A stretch of 64,000 nt of DNA from the human T2T-CHM13v2.0 reference genome, Homo sapiens, in NCBI RefSeq assembly GCF_009914755.1, contig NC_060931.1. One strand, given 5' to 3'. A program made the position numbers and the translations under genes. The notes below the pieces were generated by a model, which did not search any database, had not been told where the DNA came from, and saw only the letters and a list, made by a program, of their open reading frames with translations. Shown piece by piece: positions 12,337 to 29,099 of this stretch (positions are counted from its first letter, which is position 1; each line of letters starts with the position of its first letter).

Positions 12337-13782
12337 TTGATTTTCTCTACTAAACAATTCTTTCCACAAATTCTTAGTGTCTTGGATTAATCTTGACCAG
12401 TTTTAATCTTTTATTTCATATTACTTTTCACAGAAGCATAGACTGCCATGATAGGGAGGGAGTTTTTTGTAAATTGGTTCATCCATTATTTTATTAAAAC
12501 GTTTCCTAAATGTTTCCTATATTACATCATTACATTTTTGATAAGTGGTCATCTAGTCTCTGAATATTTCTTATGGCAATGAGCTCACTACCTTTTATTG
12601 CTGCCTATTGGGCAAGGTTTCTTTTATTCTACTAAGTACAATTGCTGTATGTCTCTAATGTGAATTATATTATATTATAATTTCATGGTCATAGTAGTTA
12701 ACTACATTATATTTTAACTGACTTGTTCATGAGCAATTCCCACTGACGTTTGAAAAATAAATTTTTCTTGATGGCAATGATAAAGAGAAAGAAATAAAAC
12801 TAATTCATATAGTAATTAGTTTTTGATTCTGTACCATTAGTATTTTCAAATTTTTAATGCCTGGAGTTGAGAATAGGGCTGCACGGTTGTATTATAAGTT
12901 CTAATTTTCAAATATCCCGCAAAATTTGGGAAATTATTCTTAGATCAACTCTATCACCAACAATAAAAACAGAACCTGCCATACTGAAACATAGTCACAA
13001 AAGAAACCTTTTTCTTCTGACCTGAAAAGTCCAGAATATATTGCTTTGATTGTTCCCATTCAGTATCTACAATAGGAAGATAAAATATCACCTTCCTCCA
13101 GGTATAAAATAGAATTAGGCAAAATAACTTGAAGGAATGCCTCTCTTAACATTATCACATTTTTCAGTTTGCATTACCCATTCACTATGGAAATGTGTGG
13201 TATATTTTTCTTCTAATAGAGGGTAAGCACTGACAGCCCATTGTACTGAAGGTTACGTTATTAATGATTGCTATGAGGGCTGGAGAGAAAGGAAAGGAAT
13301 CTTGTACATATAAATGTAATAAACTTCCTGCTCTTTCAATCTTCAGCAGGTACAGAATTCTCTATCTGGAGGCCTGAAATGTGTAATTGATTCTGATAGG
13401 AATTAATTGCAAGAATAGCATACATGCAGAAAATGCTTCAACTTTTCTAATGGTTTATCTCAAAGCCTTGCTTTTAATTATGTATCTTAAAAAAATACCA
13501 CTCACAGGGGAAGAAAAAGAAAAGAACTGGGCTGAATTCTGAAAGTAACTATAAGGTTTTCTAAGTATCCAGATTAACACAAAGAGAAATTGAAACATTA
13601 TACTAATGATTGGACTGGTATTGTCAGTAATAAGCAGATCTGCCTATTTACAAATGACAGCCTCTAGCAGCATACTTTAAAGCATATGCATCTTATTTAT
13701 TACAATTGGGGTAGATTGGGAGGATGATTATTGTGTGCATAATTATTTTCTTTTCTTATAAAGAATTAATTTAAAAGGCCCC

Positions 13783-14164
13783 TGATGTGATTTGGCTCTG
13801 TGTCACCACCCAAATCTCATCAAAAATTGCAATCCTGACGTGTTGAGGGAGGAACCTGGTGGCAGGTGATTGGATCATGGGGTGGTTCTCCCATGCTCTT
13901 CTCCTGATAGAGAGTGAGTTCTCACAAGCATTGATGGTTTTAAAGTATGGCCCTTCCTCTCTCTCTCTCTCTCTTTTTCCTCTCTCTCTCTCTCTCCTGC
14001 TACCATGTAGGAGACACCTTGCTTCCCCTTTGCCTTCTGCCATGATTGTGTTTCCTGTGGCCTCCCTAGCCATGCAGAACTTTGAGTCAGTTGAACCTTT
14101 TTTGTTTATAAATTACACAGTCTCAGGTAGTATCTTTATAGCAGTGTGAGAATGGACTAATACA
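13783..14164 (+). mobile_element. THE1D/MSTA-type solo LTR (MaLR)
   Basis: TGATGTGATTTGGCTCTGTGTCACCACCCAAATCTCATC...TTTATAGCAGTGTGAGAATGGACTAATACA; internal (CT)n. Confidence 0.93.
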
Positions 14165-14573
14165 GCAGCCAAAATGTTATTGGGTAGCGTTTCCGATGCA
14201 TGCATGAGGGCAACTCATGAATGATAATAGCCTTGTTTTCATCTCAGTATCTCCCTCTACTAGTCCTATGAAATCAAAGAAGTTTCTCACCTCGGAGTCA
14301 CTCTATTATTTTTTTGTGAAATAAAGAGGGCCTATGTGCTGCTTATATCCCTGGGCTTTTGAGATCAGATGACTTCACATATGTTAAAATGCTTTGGTGT
14401 TGAAAATAAACCTAGATGATGTTAAAAGGATTTTATGTAATTGAATGTTCGACTCAAAGCAGCTAGACTTTTGGAATTTTATCACCTGGAAGTATTATTA
14501 AAATTTAAATATTTTAAAATGAAATTTTCTCCCAGATTAATATTATATTGCTATAACTAGACAAAATGAGTAT

Positions 14574-16889
14574 TAATATAGCCTGAATATGTGTCCCCAC
14601 CAAATCTCATGTTGAAATGTAATCTCCAATGTTGGAGGTAGGACCTGCTTGGGCCATAAGGCTGCTTGGTGCTGTCCTCATGATAGTGAGTGAGTTGTCA
14701 TGAGGTCTGGTTGTTTAAATGTGTGGCACCTCCCCCCAGTTCCCTTTATTTCTCCTGCTTTTGTCATGTGATGTACCTGCTCCTACTTCACCTTCTGCCA
14801 TGAGTAAAAGGCCTCCCTAGAAGTTGAGAAGGTGCAATGACATTCTTATACAGCCTGCAGAATTATAAGCCAATTAAACTTCTTTTCTTTATAAATTACC
14901 CAGCCCAAGTATTTCTTTATATCAATTCTAGAATGGCCTAACACAGAAAATTGGTACCAGATGGGGAGTCTTGCGACAAAGGTATCTGAAAATGTGGAAG
15001 TGACTTGGAACTGGGTAACAGACAGAGGTTGGTAGAGTTTGGAGGTCTCAGAAGAAGACAGAAAGATGAGGGGGAAGTTTGGAATTTTTAGAGACTGGTT
15101 AAATGGTTGTGACCAAAATGCTGATAGTGACATTGATAGTGACATAGATAGATTATGAGGTCTCAGATGGAAATGAGGAACTTATTGGAAACTAGAGCAA
15201 AGGTCACACATGTTATGCCTTTGCAAATAACTTAGCTGCATTCTGTTCATGACCTAGGAATCTGTGGAAGTTTGAACTTCAGAGTGATGACCTAAGGCAT
15301 CCAGTGGAAGAAATTTCTAAGTCACAAAGTGTTCAAGATATGGCCTGGCTGCTTCTAACAGCCTATACTCAGAGGCAGGGGCAAAGAAATGGCTTAAAGT
15401 TGGAACTTATGCTTACACAGGAAGCAGAGCATAAAAGTTTGGAAAATCTTCAGCCTGGCCATATGGTAAAGAAAGAAATGCTTTTTCAGGAGAGGGTTTC
15501 TAGCAGGCTGCTAGATAAATTTGTATAAATAAAAAGCAGCCCAATCCTGATAGCCAAGACAATGGGAGAAGGCCTGAAAGTCATTTTGGAGATCTTTGAG
15601 GCAGCCCCTCCCATCACAGGCCCAGAGATCCAGGAGGACTGAATTGTTTTGGGGCCCAGGCCTGGGGCACCACTGTCCTGCACCATCCCAGGAGTTTTCT
15701 CCTTGCATCCTGGCAACTCTGGCTCCAGCCTCAGGCCAAAGCGGCCCATGTACAGCTTGGGCTGCTGCTTCAGAGCGTACAAGCCACAAGCTACATGGTG
15801 TTATGCTTGTAGGTGCACAAAGTGAAAGAGTCTTGGCAGTTTCTGCCTAGATTTCAGAGGATGTATAAGAATGCCTGGGTGCCCAGGCAGAAACTGCTGT
15901 AGGGGCAGAATCCTCACAGAAAACCTCTACTAAGGCATTGTGGAGGAAAAATGTGGGATTGAGGGCACTGCCTAGTAGAGCTGTCAGAAGGAGGCCAGCC
16001 CCCTCCAGTACCCAGAATAGTAGATCTACTGGAAGCTTTCACTCTGTGCCTTGAAAAGCCACAAGCACTCAACAACCTGTGAGAGCAGCCATGGGTGCTG
16101 AACCCTGCAGAGACACAGGAGCAAGAGCTGCCCAAGGTCTTGGGAAGCCACCCCTTGAATCAGTGAGCTCTAATGTGGGACATGAAGTTAAAGGAGATTA
16201 TTTTGGAGCTTTAAGATTAAATGACTACCCTGATGGGTGTAGGACTTGCTTGGGTCCTGTTGCTCCTTTCTTTTAGCCAATTTCTCCGTTTTGGAATGGA
16301 AATGTTTACCCAACGCCTGTAATCCCATTGTATCTTGAAACTAAGTAACTTGTTTAATTTTATGGGCTCATAGGTGAAAGGAGCTCATCTCCAGATGAGA
16401 CTTTGGTCTTTTGGGAGACTGTTGAGAAGGGATGATTGTATTTTGCAACGTGAGAAGGACATGAGATTTAGGGGGCCAGGGATGGAATGATATTGTTTGA
16501 ATATGTATCCCCACCAATCTCATGTTGAATTTTAATCCCCATTGCCAGAGGTGGCACCGGGTGGGAGGTGTTTGGGTCATGAGGACAGATCCCTCATGGT
16601 TTGGTGTTGTCCTTGTGATAGAGAGTAAGTTTTTGTGAAATCTGGTTAAGTGTGTGGCACCCCCCACTCAACACCCTCTCTTTCTCCTGCTTTTGTCATG
16701 TGATGTGCCTATTTCTGCTTCACCTTCTCCCATGAATAAAAGCTCCCTAAGGCCTCCCCAGAGGCTGAGCAGATGCCAGTGCCATGCTGTGCACAGCCTG
16801 CAGAACCACGAGCCAATTAAATCTCTTGTCTTTATAAATTACCCAGCCTCAGCTATTCCTTTATAGCAATGCTAGAATGGCCTAACACA
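14574..16889 (+). mobile_element. Complete MST (MSTA/MSTB-type) MaLR provirus: 5'LTR 14574-14945, internal 14946-16487, 3'LTR 16488-16889
   Basis: Two direct LTRs both ending GAATGGCCTAACACA; internal region starts GAAAATTGGTACCAG and ends in the polypurine tract GGGGGCCAGGGATGGAA; TSD AGTAT/ATTAT (1 mismatch). Confidence 0.95.
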
Positions 16890-18780
16890 ATTATATCTCT
16901 AAGTACATAGCAAGTTACATATATTAAAATATACCTACATTTTTAGGTTTCATTCATCTGTGACATTTAGTAACTTCTTTTACCACCCACCTTCCTATAT
17001 GGTATCTTAAAACAATTTATTCTTATATTGAGTTTATTTAAAATTACTGAAAAGTCTAGAAAAACTGCTTAATATATTGCAAATTGTTCAAGATATACAT
17101 TACTTGCTTAATTTCCATATCAATCTTATGAGATAAAATATGTTAATAATGTAGTTTATAGATTATGATACTGTGGATATCTTTATTCTGGCCAAGAAAA
17201 GAAACAGTATATACTATTTGTTAAACATAAGATACACAGAACTTATATAAGATATGGAGAGATAAAATTTAATTTCTACTTTAAAGAAAGAATAAGATAT
17301 TGTATATAATGTTTGATTTCTTCAGATAATATGTACTACATAATCATAAAAGTATTTGAAAAATAAATTAACATAACAAAGTATTGGAAAAGGAATTAAG
17401 ATATCTAAATATGATTCAATAATGCTAAAACAACAATGGTAAAACAAGAGAATTTTCTGTACAACCGTATGTTGAGAATAAATAAATATGTGATAAATAT
17501 ATGCTGAGAGTATCTTTCAGATATTAAACATAGACAAAATAGTTCTGATTACAGCATGATGAGAAATAAAAAGGGTAGACATGAATATTCCAATGCAATA
17601 GCCTTAGTTTCCTTTTGAGCATTTCTGAAAAGAGAAAGTTCAGAATGAAACACTAATTAACTAATTTTAAGTAAATGAAGAGCATAAGACATAGAATAGA
17701 TTATCTCCCTCGATCCCCTCTACCTTCATATTCCTATATTTCAGATAGGGGCAATGGTCATTAGTTTACAAGGAGGTAATGCAAAGACTAAAAATAAAGA
17801 ACTTAAAAAAAGCCATAACCAGAAAATTGCTAGAAGATTTTTATTGGCAGGTGACTAGGCTTCTATAGTTTTCTTTACAATAAATTTGTGCAAACTTTCT
17901 TTCTGCATGCTTGAGGCCAAGAGTGAGAACAATCATCAAATATAGTAAACAGCTCTTACTTAAAAACATTTTCTATATGTGAAATGTGGATGATGGTGCT
18001 GCCTGTCAGAACTTGAATTTGTTTGTATCTTAAATTGGGAGACATTTTAATTTTTAGCCTTGAGTAAATATTAATATAACTTGGTAGGAATAGACTAGTT
18101 TTACAACAATAAAATAATTACAACAACTATATAACAGTTTCAAGTGATAATTTATCTTTTTGTTACTATTTTTCTTTCTTTTTTTTTTTGCTAGCAAATA
18201 GAACTCAATTTCAGATTTCTTTTTCCTGCAATTTTTTCAAGTAACTCAAAGTTTTCTGATATTGTTCAACTAAAGGTCAACATTTTTGTGTAAATTCAAA
18301 AAACTTTTTCTTTCCAGACACTCTATAAATGGGCTATATCCTCTTACAGTCCCAGGGCAAAATAAAGTATGGGAACTGCTTTGTTGAGTAACTCTGAGAC
18401 CCATATAATCACTGCAGAAAACTCTTTAGCCAACCTAGTGTTCTGTCCCTTTAAGAGGACTGCAGAGAGAAGTTGGTTCAACTGGACAGCCAACTGAAGT
18501 GGCAGAGTAGACCAGAAGCAAGGGAGGAATAGCAAGACAGGAAAATGGAAGAGGCAGAGAGAATCTCAAGGTCTAGCATTTTTATATGGTTTGCAAAGTG
18601 CTCAGCTTTGATGTCTTCAGTGGAATACCAAAACTATGCCCCAAATTTCTTTTGAAGTTTGGCTCCATGGTTTCACAATTTATTCTTCTGCTGTGTTGAT
18701 TTCATGCCTCATCTCCTATGTTTTACCTGGACAAGTTTAGTAAAGCCTTATTTGTTTTATGAGACAGTTGATTATCACTA

Positions 18781-19493
18781 CAGTAGTTCCTCCTTATCCA
18801 TGGCTTCACTTTCTATAATTTCACTTACCCACAGTCAGCTGCAGTATAAAACTATTAAGTGGACAATCCTAAGAATAAACAGTTCATGAATTTTAAATTG
18901 CACACTGCTTTGAGTAGTGAAACGAAATCTCCCACCTGAATCATTCTTTTGTTTGGTGTATCCACACTGAAGATGCTATTCACCCATTGGGCATCAACAT
19001 TGTCTGTTCCTGACATCCACCCACCAACATCTTCATGGTTGGATAATTCAGGATCACCTAAAGCAGATGATGCTCCTTCTGACATGTCATCAGAAGGTCA
19101 ATAGTAGCCTAACACCATGTCACCTCACTTCATCTCATTATGTAGGCAATGTATCATCTCACCTCATCACAAGAAGAAGGATGATTACAATACAATAAGA
19201 TCTTTCCTCATCACAAGAAGGGTGATTAAAATACAATAAGATCTTTTGAGAACTCAGTCACATAACATTTATTACAGTATATTGTTATAATTGTTCTATT
19301 TTATTGTTAGTTTTTGTTGTTAGTCTGTTACTGTGCTTAACTTATAAGTTAAACTTTATCATAAGTATGTATGTATATAATGTTTGTATGTATTAAAAAA
19401 GCATAGTGTATATAGGATTCAATTGTATTCATGGTTTCAGCCACCCATTGTGGTTATTGGAACATATCCCCCAGATAAGTGGGGGGACTACTG
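18781..19493. mobile_element. MER44 (Tigger7-derived) non-autonomous DNA transposon
   Basis: Terminal inverted repeats CAGTAGTTCCTCCTTATC ... GATAAGTGGGGGGACTACTG, flanked by TA on both sides. Confidence 0.9.
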
Positions 19494-19518
19494 TATAATT
19501 TTATGTAATTGATTAATA

Positions 19519-19847
19519 CTTTATTTATGTATTTATGTATGTATTTATTAATTTATTTATTGTTACAGGGTCTCACTCTGTAGCCCAGCCCAGAGTACAG
19601 TGGCACAAATATAGTTCACTGCAGGCTTGAACTCCTGGGCTCAAGCAATCCTTTTGCTTCAGCCTCCCAAGTAGCTGAGACTACAGGCACAGACTGCCAC
19701 ACCCAGGTAAGTTTGTTGTTGTTGTTGTTTAAGAAATGAGCTCTCTCTATGATACCCAGGGTGGTCTTGAACTCCTGGCCTTAACAATCCTCCCACTTCA
19801 ATCTCCCAAAGTTCTGGGATTAACAGATGTACGCTACCATGACTGGC
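19519..19847 (-). mobile_element. AluJ, full length, with (TTTA/TATG)n tail
   Basis: CAGGGTCTCACTCTGTAGCCCAG...CTCCTGGGCTCAAGCAATCC...CCCAAAGTTCTGGGATTA...CATGACTGGCC. Confidence 0.9.
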
Positions 19848-22800
19848 CCAGTGGTATATTCTTAAATGTTAACTTTGTCCTGGTTTGGAAATTTAGTTCT
19901 TTACCTGACCCTGAAGCCCCAGCTTCATCTCTCTTCTCTTTCTGTTAATAGAGAATGAAACGAATTTGCAATTTAAGAACAATATGCTACCAGCTCTGAA
20001 CTCTGCTATTATGCCTGTGGCAGGTTCAGATTTACTAAACTGAATACCACTTTAGGCCTAGCAATGTGCTATAAATGTATCCTGGTGATTTACCTCATAA
20101 CTCACGCAACACAGTCTTGTGGTGAAGAGCTTGATTTCTGCACTCAGCTTGATCTGTGTGAATAGTAAGGAGTTCTTAAAATTTTTTATCCTAAAGTGCT
20201 TTACAATCCATAATCCTATGTTTGACCATTTACTCTCATCATCTCTTCACTCCTTTTTGCTTGATATTATTGAATTATAAAAATTACCTTGGCCTGTTGC
20301 TTTACAAATGTTTTCAAGTTACATAATAAGCTCTTGTTATTTCTTTTCTGTGCTAGATTATAAATTCCTTGAAAATAGGGACTATTTCCTCTTTTTATTG
20401 AATATTACCAAATAGATTCTAGGACAGCTTATGAATTCTTAAACCCTGAATTAATACATTTTCGTTTAGTTAAAGAAATGAACCTCATTACTGTGATTCC
20501 TAAATTACTCACAAGTTTAAATTTAAAAGTTAATTATTTGTGATATGGTTTTCCTTTTAAAAAGAAAAAACTCAAATATGTGCATGGAATAAGCAGTTAA
20601 TCAATTCTCTAGTTCTGCTAAATGCTATATATAACATAAGAGTTATTTCAATTTTAAATACTGATGCTCTCTCTGGGTGTATTGTGATATTCTATCTTGT
20701 TTGGCCATTCCAAAGGAGTTTAGAACAGTCAAGAGTGTGTTTTTGTGTTTGACTGTCTCCATTGTATTTCATACTTACTTTCAAATACATCTAATTGGAG
20801 CATGCAAGTTTGTGCCTTCTTTGATCATTACTTACCTATGACATTGTGCTAAGTCTTATCTTAAGCCTAGCAGAGTGAATGGCAGGCTGAATAGTGCCGC
20901 AACAGCTATTTCTTTTCCTTCTGAAATACTGATGCTCACAGAGCTTAATGCTGTGCTTAGCCTTGAACTGTGATCACAGCCTCCTCCAACTGAAGCTTAA
21001 TGGGGCTAAGGGCTTATTGACTAATAGGAAAGGTGTGTGTAATAACCCATTGACAGGGTTTAAGTTTCTAAGAATAGTATTACAAAAGCAAATTATTAAT
21101 ACCATTTTGGAAAATTAACCCAGAGAGATGTCCAAGATGACTTCTTTTCCTTTGTAAGAAATGTGGATGTGCAATAATAAAAGAATGCTGCACTCAAACA
21201 AATCAGAAATGATTCATGTGCAAACCAAAACAATTAACACTGAAATGAGCAACTTTATTCAAATGCTGGTAAATTTTAGAAGGGAGAGAAAAACCTAAAA
21301 CAGACAACAACCAGTCCAGCATAGCTGCCAACACTAAAATGCTGCTCAGCCAGCATCAAGCTAATAGTGAGAAGTGGAGGAGTGTATTAAGTTGAGCAAA
21401 TACTGAAGAAAGTGCCTGCAGAGGGTGAACACAGTTTATTCAACTCTTACTACTCCCTTTTCCTTCCCCACCTACTAATTTACTCTTTTGGATGTTTAAC
21501 AGATATTTGTTGGATGAATAGTTTTAAAAAGTATACTCCTGAGTTGCTCTGTACTTCAGTACATTTAGTACTTTTTAGTTTAGTACATTTAGTAAAGTAA
21601 ACACTTACTGATGCTTACTTTATTTGGAAAAGGATTATATGGATGTAAAGACAAAGACAAACTTCCAGTTATAAAATACAGCATGAAAGAAAACCTTTTT
21701 TTTTTGTATTATTTAAGCCATATAAAATACTGCACAGACACATGCATGCTTTTTTTCTGTTTCTATTTTCAGATCTACTTTGTATAACATGAGCGTGGCT
21801 GACATGTGTTTTCAAGACATCTATCATTTTAGTTTTTTAGACTGTTCTGTTTTGATATTTATCCCTGATTCCTGTGTTTAGTTACATACTGTGGAACATG
21901 GAGAACAATTTAAAACAAAGGAAATGCCTTTGCAGGAGCTTTCCTTTACCTCAAAGAAGTTTTGTAAGCCTTTTGACAAGGTTAGTGTCAAAGAAGAATT
22001 TATCAGTTAGAAAATAATTTTAGTGGACAATGTAGAGGCCACTGAAGAGCCTGAAGTAGAGAGTTGGGAGTATTGAATTTTATGACCGAGGTATATATGT
22101 GCCATTATAGAGGCTAATTCTGCACTATAGATGTCATGAAAATATATTGCCATTAATCTCCTAATGTGAATTTTACAAAAAGACCTTGGGAAGATGCATG
22201 AAAGCACAAACCAGGGAAAGGTGCAACAGTTTGCTTGGATTACAGTTCCCTGGAAGGATTAGAGACTTGTTTCACTCGATGGCCTCTTTTAACACTACAT
22301 TTGCAAAGAAAAAAAAAACCAACAAACAAAAAAAGACAAAAGAATATAAACTAAAAAAATTTTCTAATACCAATCTTACCAGTGTATTAAGTTATCCAAT
22401 TTTAATGTTGAGAAAGATCTTTTTTTTAATGGCAGGTTTATTTCTTCATGCCAATGATGAAATTCATTCTATCATATCTTAAACAAATGGATAGTTGGCA
22501 GCTCAGAGTTGGTGGTAAGAACACACATGTCACTTTGAGTGGGGCAATTTGGAGTTTAAGTCTTAGCTGTGTTGCTTAAACCTTTTTGAGTCTCCCTGTT
22601 CTTACGAGTAAGCATTCTGAAAAATGTAATAGAGTAATTAAAGAAATCCTGTAAGGGTACTAGGTTAGCAATACATTGATGTTGTTTTTTACACTGTCAA
22701 TTAAAATAGTCTTTTCTTTTGCAAAAAGAAAATAGCTCAGCAAAAGACTGCTGTTCTATAAATTTCACTATTTTTTGAAATCCTGTTGTATTATAAAGAA

Positions 22801-22887
22801 TTACTCCTCCTCATTCACTTCATGACTTCTTTTAAATATTAAGAGGCAGCCATTAATCCTTGTTTTATTGTCTGTAGATGAAGCACT

Positions 22888-23100
22888 TGTAAGGGCCAAA
22901 GGAAAACTTCCCTTTAGTCCTTGGAAGTTTTGCTGAAAAATCAGAAAATCTGGTTTCATCAATTCAGATTCTATCTACAGATGCAATTTTTCCCCACAAA
23001 GACAGCTTTGTAGGGCTACTTCTATTTGCAGAGCTTCTGAACAGCCATCTCAAAATATCAAAAAAGTATATTTTATGGTAAAACATTTTGATTTCCTTTA
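22888..23100 (-). mobile_element. Internally deleted ERV1 LTR (MER39/MER34 group)
   Basis: TGTAAGGGCCAAAGGAAAACTTCCC...GCTGAAAAATCA joined to CAGATGCAATTTTTCCCCACAAAGACAGCTTTG...CAGCCATCTCAAAATATC...GGTAAAACATTTTGATTTCCTTTA; both termini within ~210 bp. Confidence 0.7.
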
Positions 23101-23499
23101 CTCACAAACAACCCCTACCCCCAAAACCCACCACTGCCACCACTAACAATAAAAACCCTGTTTCTCAAGCATTCCTCACAGTCTTTAAATCCTTCTAACT
23201 CCTCCGTATGCATTTAAATAGTAAAATTCACATCCTGACTCAGAGACACAGAAGAATGGAAGAATAATTTTGACATAGAATACTTCAGAGGTGTCATTTT
23301 ACAGAAATAGCAAATCGTGTGGAGGGTGGGATGCTGAGAGATTGCTGAAAAGTTATCTGGGAACTAGATTGAAACAGGTGTCAAGTACCATGCTAATTTA
23401 TTTAAGTAGTTTGATTTTTTTTTTTAATGGAGGCGGTATTGATGTTTTTCTAAAGGGGGAAATGATGTATCTGAATTTGTGTTTTTTGCATGAGCTATG

Positions 23500-23720
23500 C
23501 TAAGGGGTAGAGAGGAGAACAGATTGGAGGTGGAGGTTGTAGGCCACAGAGTAACCACGAGTTAAGAAGTTTCTGCAATAGTCTGTATAATAGTGGTGGG
23601 GTCTGACCAGGAGCATGACAGTGAGCATGGGAGAAGAAGAGTCAAGAGAATTACAAGAGGGAGGAGAGGAGAGGGAAAGTTAATAATTTTCTTATTTGAG
23701 CAGGTGAACAACTGGAGATA
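23500..23720 (-). mobile_element. L2 fragment
   Basis: Purine-rich GAGTTAAGAAGTTTCTGCAATAGTCTG...GACAGTGAGCATGGGAGAAG resembles antisense L2 ORF2. Confidence 0.45.
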
Positions 23721-23734
23721 TTTTTAAAATTGTC

Positions 23735-24450
23735 TTTTTAATTTTTATATGTACATAGTAGGTTAATATATTGTATTAGTACATTCTCATGCTGCTAATA
23801 AAGACATATCCAAGACTGGGTAATTTATAAAAGAAAGAGATTTAATGGACTCACAGCTCCACATAGAGCTGAGGAAGCCTCACAATCATGGCAAAAGGTG
23901 AAGGAAGAGCAAAAGCACGTCTTACATGGCCACAGGCAAGAGGGCATGGGCAGGGGAACTCCCCTTTATGAAACCATCAGATCTCATGAGACTTATTCAC
24001 TGTCACTCAAACACCACGGGAAAAACACACCATCATGATTCAATTCCTTCCCACCAGGCCCCTCCCATGACCCATGGGGATTATTACAATTCAAGGTAAG
24101 ATTTGGGTGGGGACACAGAGCCAAACTATATCATATATTTATGGGAAACATGAGATATTTTGATACAGACATATAGTATCTAATAATTACATCAGAGTAA
24201 ATGAGGTATCCATCACCTTAAGCATAAGTCATTTCTTTGTGTTATAAACATTCAGATTGTACTCCCTCTGTTATTCTAAAATGTACAACAAATTATTGCT
24301 GACTGTAGTCACCTTGTTTTGCTATTAAATGCTAGACCTTGTTCATTCTATGTAACTATATTTTTATACCCATTAACCATTCCTACTTTCCTTCCCCCAC
24401 TCCCCACTACCCTTCCTAGCCTCTGGTAACTGACATTCTACTTTCTATTT
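23735..24450 (-). mobile_element. L1MA (L1MA2/3-like) 3' end, interrupted by THE1
   Basis: TACATAGTAGG...[THE1]...TATATTTATGGGAAACATGAGATATTTTGATACAG...GTATCCATCACCTTAAGC...CCCTTCCTAGCCTCTGGTAAC. Confidence 0.85.
23772..24133 (-). mobile_element. THE1 (B/C/D) solo LTR nested in L1MA
   Basis: TGTATTAGT...GGGGACACAGAGCCAAACTATATCA; perfect TSD TATAT (23767-23771 / 24134-24138). Confidence 0.95.
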
Positions 24451-25226
24451 CAGTGGGGGATTCTAACTACAATTGCATTAGGGTGATTAGAGAATAGGGG
24501 AAGAGTAGGGTGGGTAAGCGAGCAGAGGGTGGTAACATAACTTAGAGATGGTTTCTGTTTGAAATGCCTATGGAACATCATGGCACAAAATTTTTTATCA
24601 AATGTTTTACTGAAATAATGAAAACTATATCTATTCAATTTTTATTAATTTATTTGGAAATATTTTAATTTCAATATTTACTTGAAAAAAATAACACGTA
24701 GCATTTATCATATATTCTGGAGTTCAGATAAAAGGACAGAGAAGCAGTGTTTATGGAGCTAGGAGTCCCTAAGGGTCCACTCTCTTGGGATACTTCCTCC
24801 TAGATGCATTTGGTTCTCACAGAAACAAAAATGTATAAGGTATAGACATTAAAGCATATTCACACGTTATATCATTACTTATTTCTACATGGCTAAATCA
24901 ATATTATTTTCTGTGTCTTTGTGATCATAATAAATTATCAACATTTGAATAATAAATTTTGAAGCATATTGGCATATATATTCATATATAATCCTTGCAA
25001 AATCTTTTTATTATTATTATTATTATACTTTAAGTTTTAGGGTACATGTGTACAATGTGCAGGTTAGTTACATATGTATACATGTGCCATGCTGGTATGC
25101 TGCGCCCATTAACTCGTCATTTAGCATTAGGTATATCTCCTAATGCTATCCCTCCCCACTCCGCCCACCCCACAACAGTCCCCAGAGTGTGATGTTCTCC
25201 TTCCTGTGTCCATGTGTTCTCATTGT

Positions 25227-29035
<3,809 letters not shown>

Positions 29036-29099
29036 TATGATGTTAGCTGGTTATTTTGCTCGTTAGTTTGATGCAGTCTCTTCGTAGTCTCGATGGTCT

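Noticed and set aside
14846-16866. Cluster of overlapping 65-99 aa ORFs
   Set aside because: All lie inside the MST provirus; no continuous reading frame.
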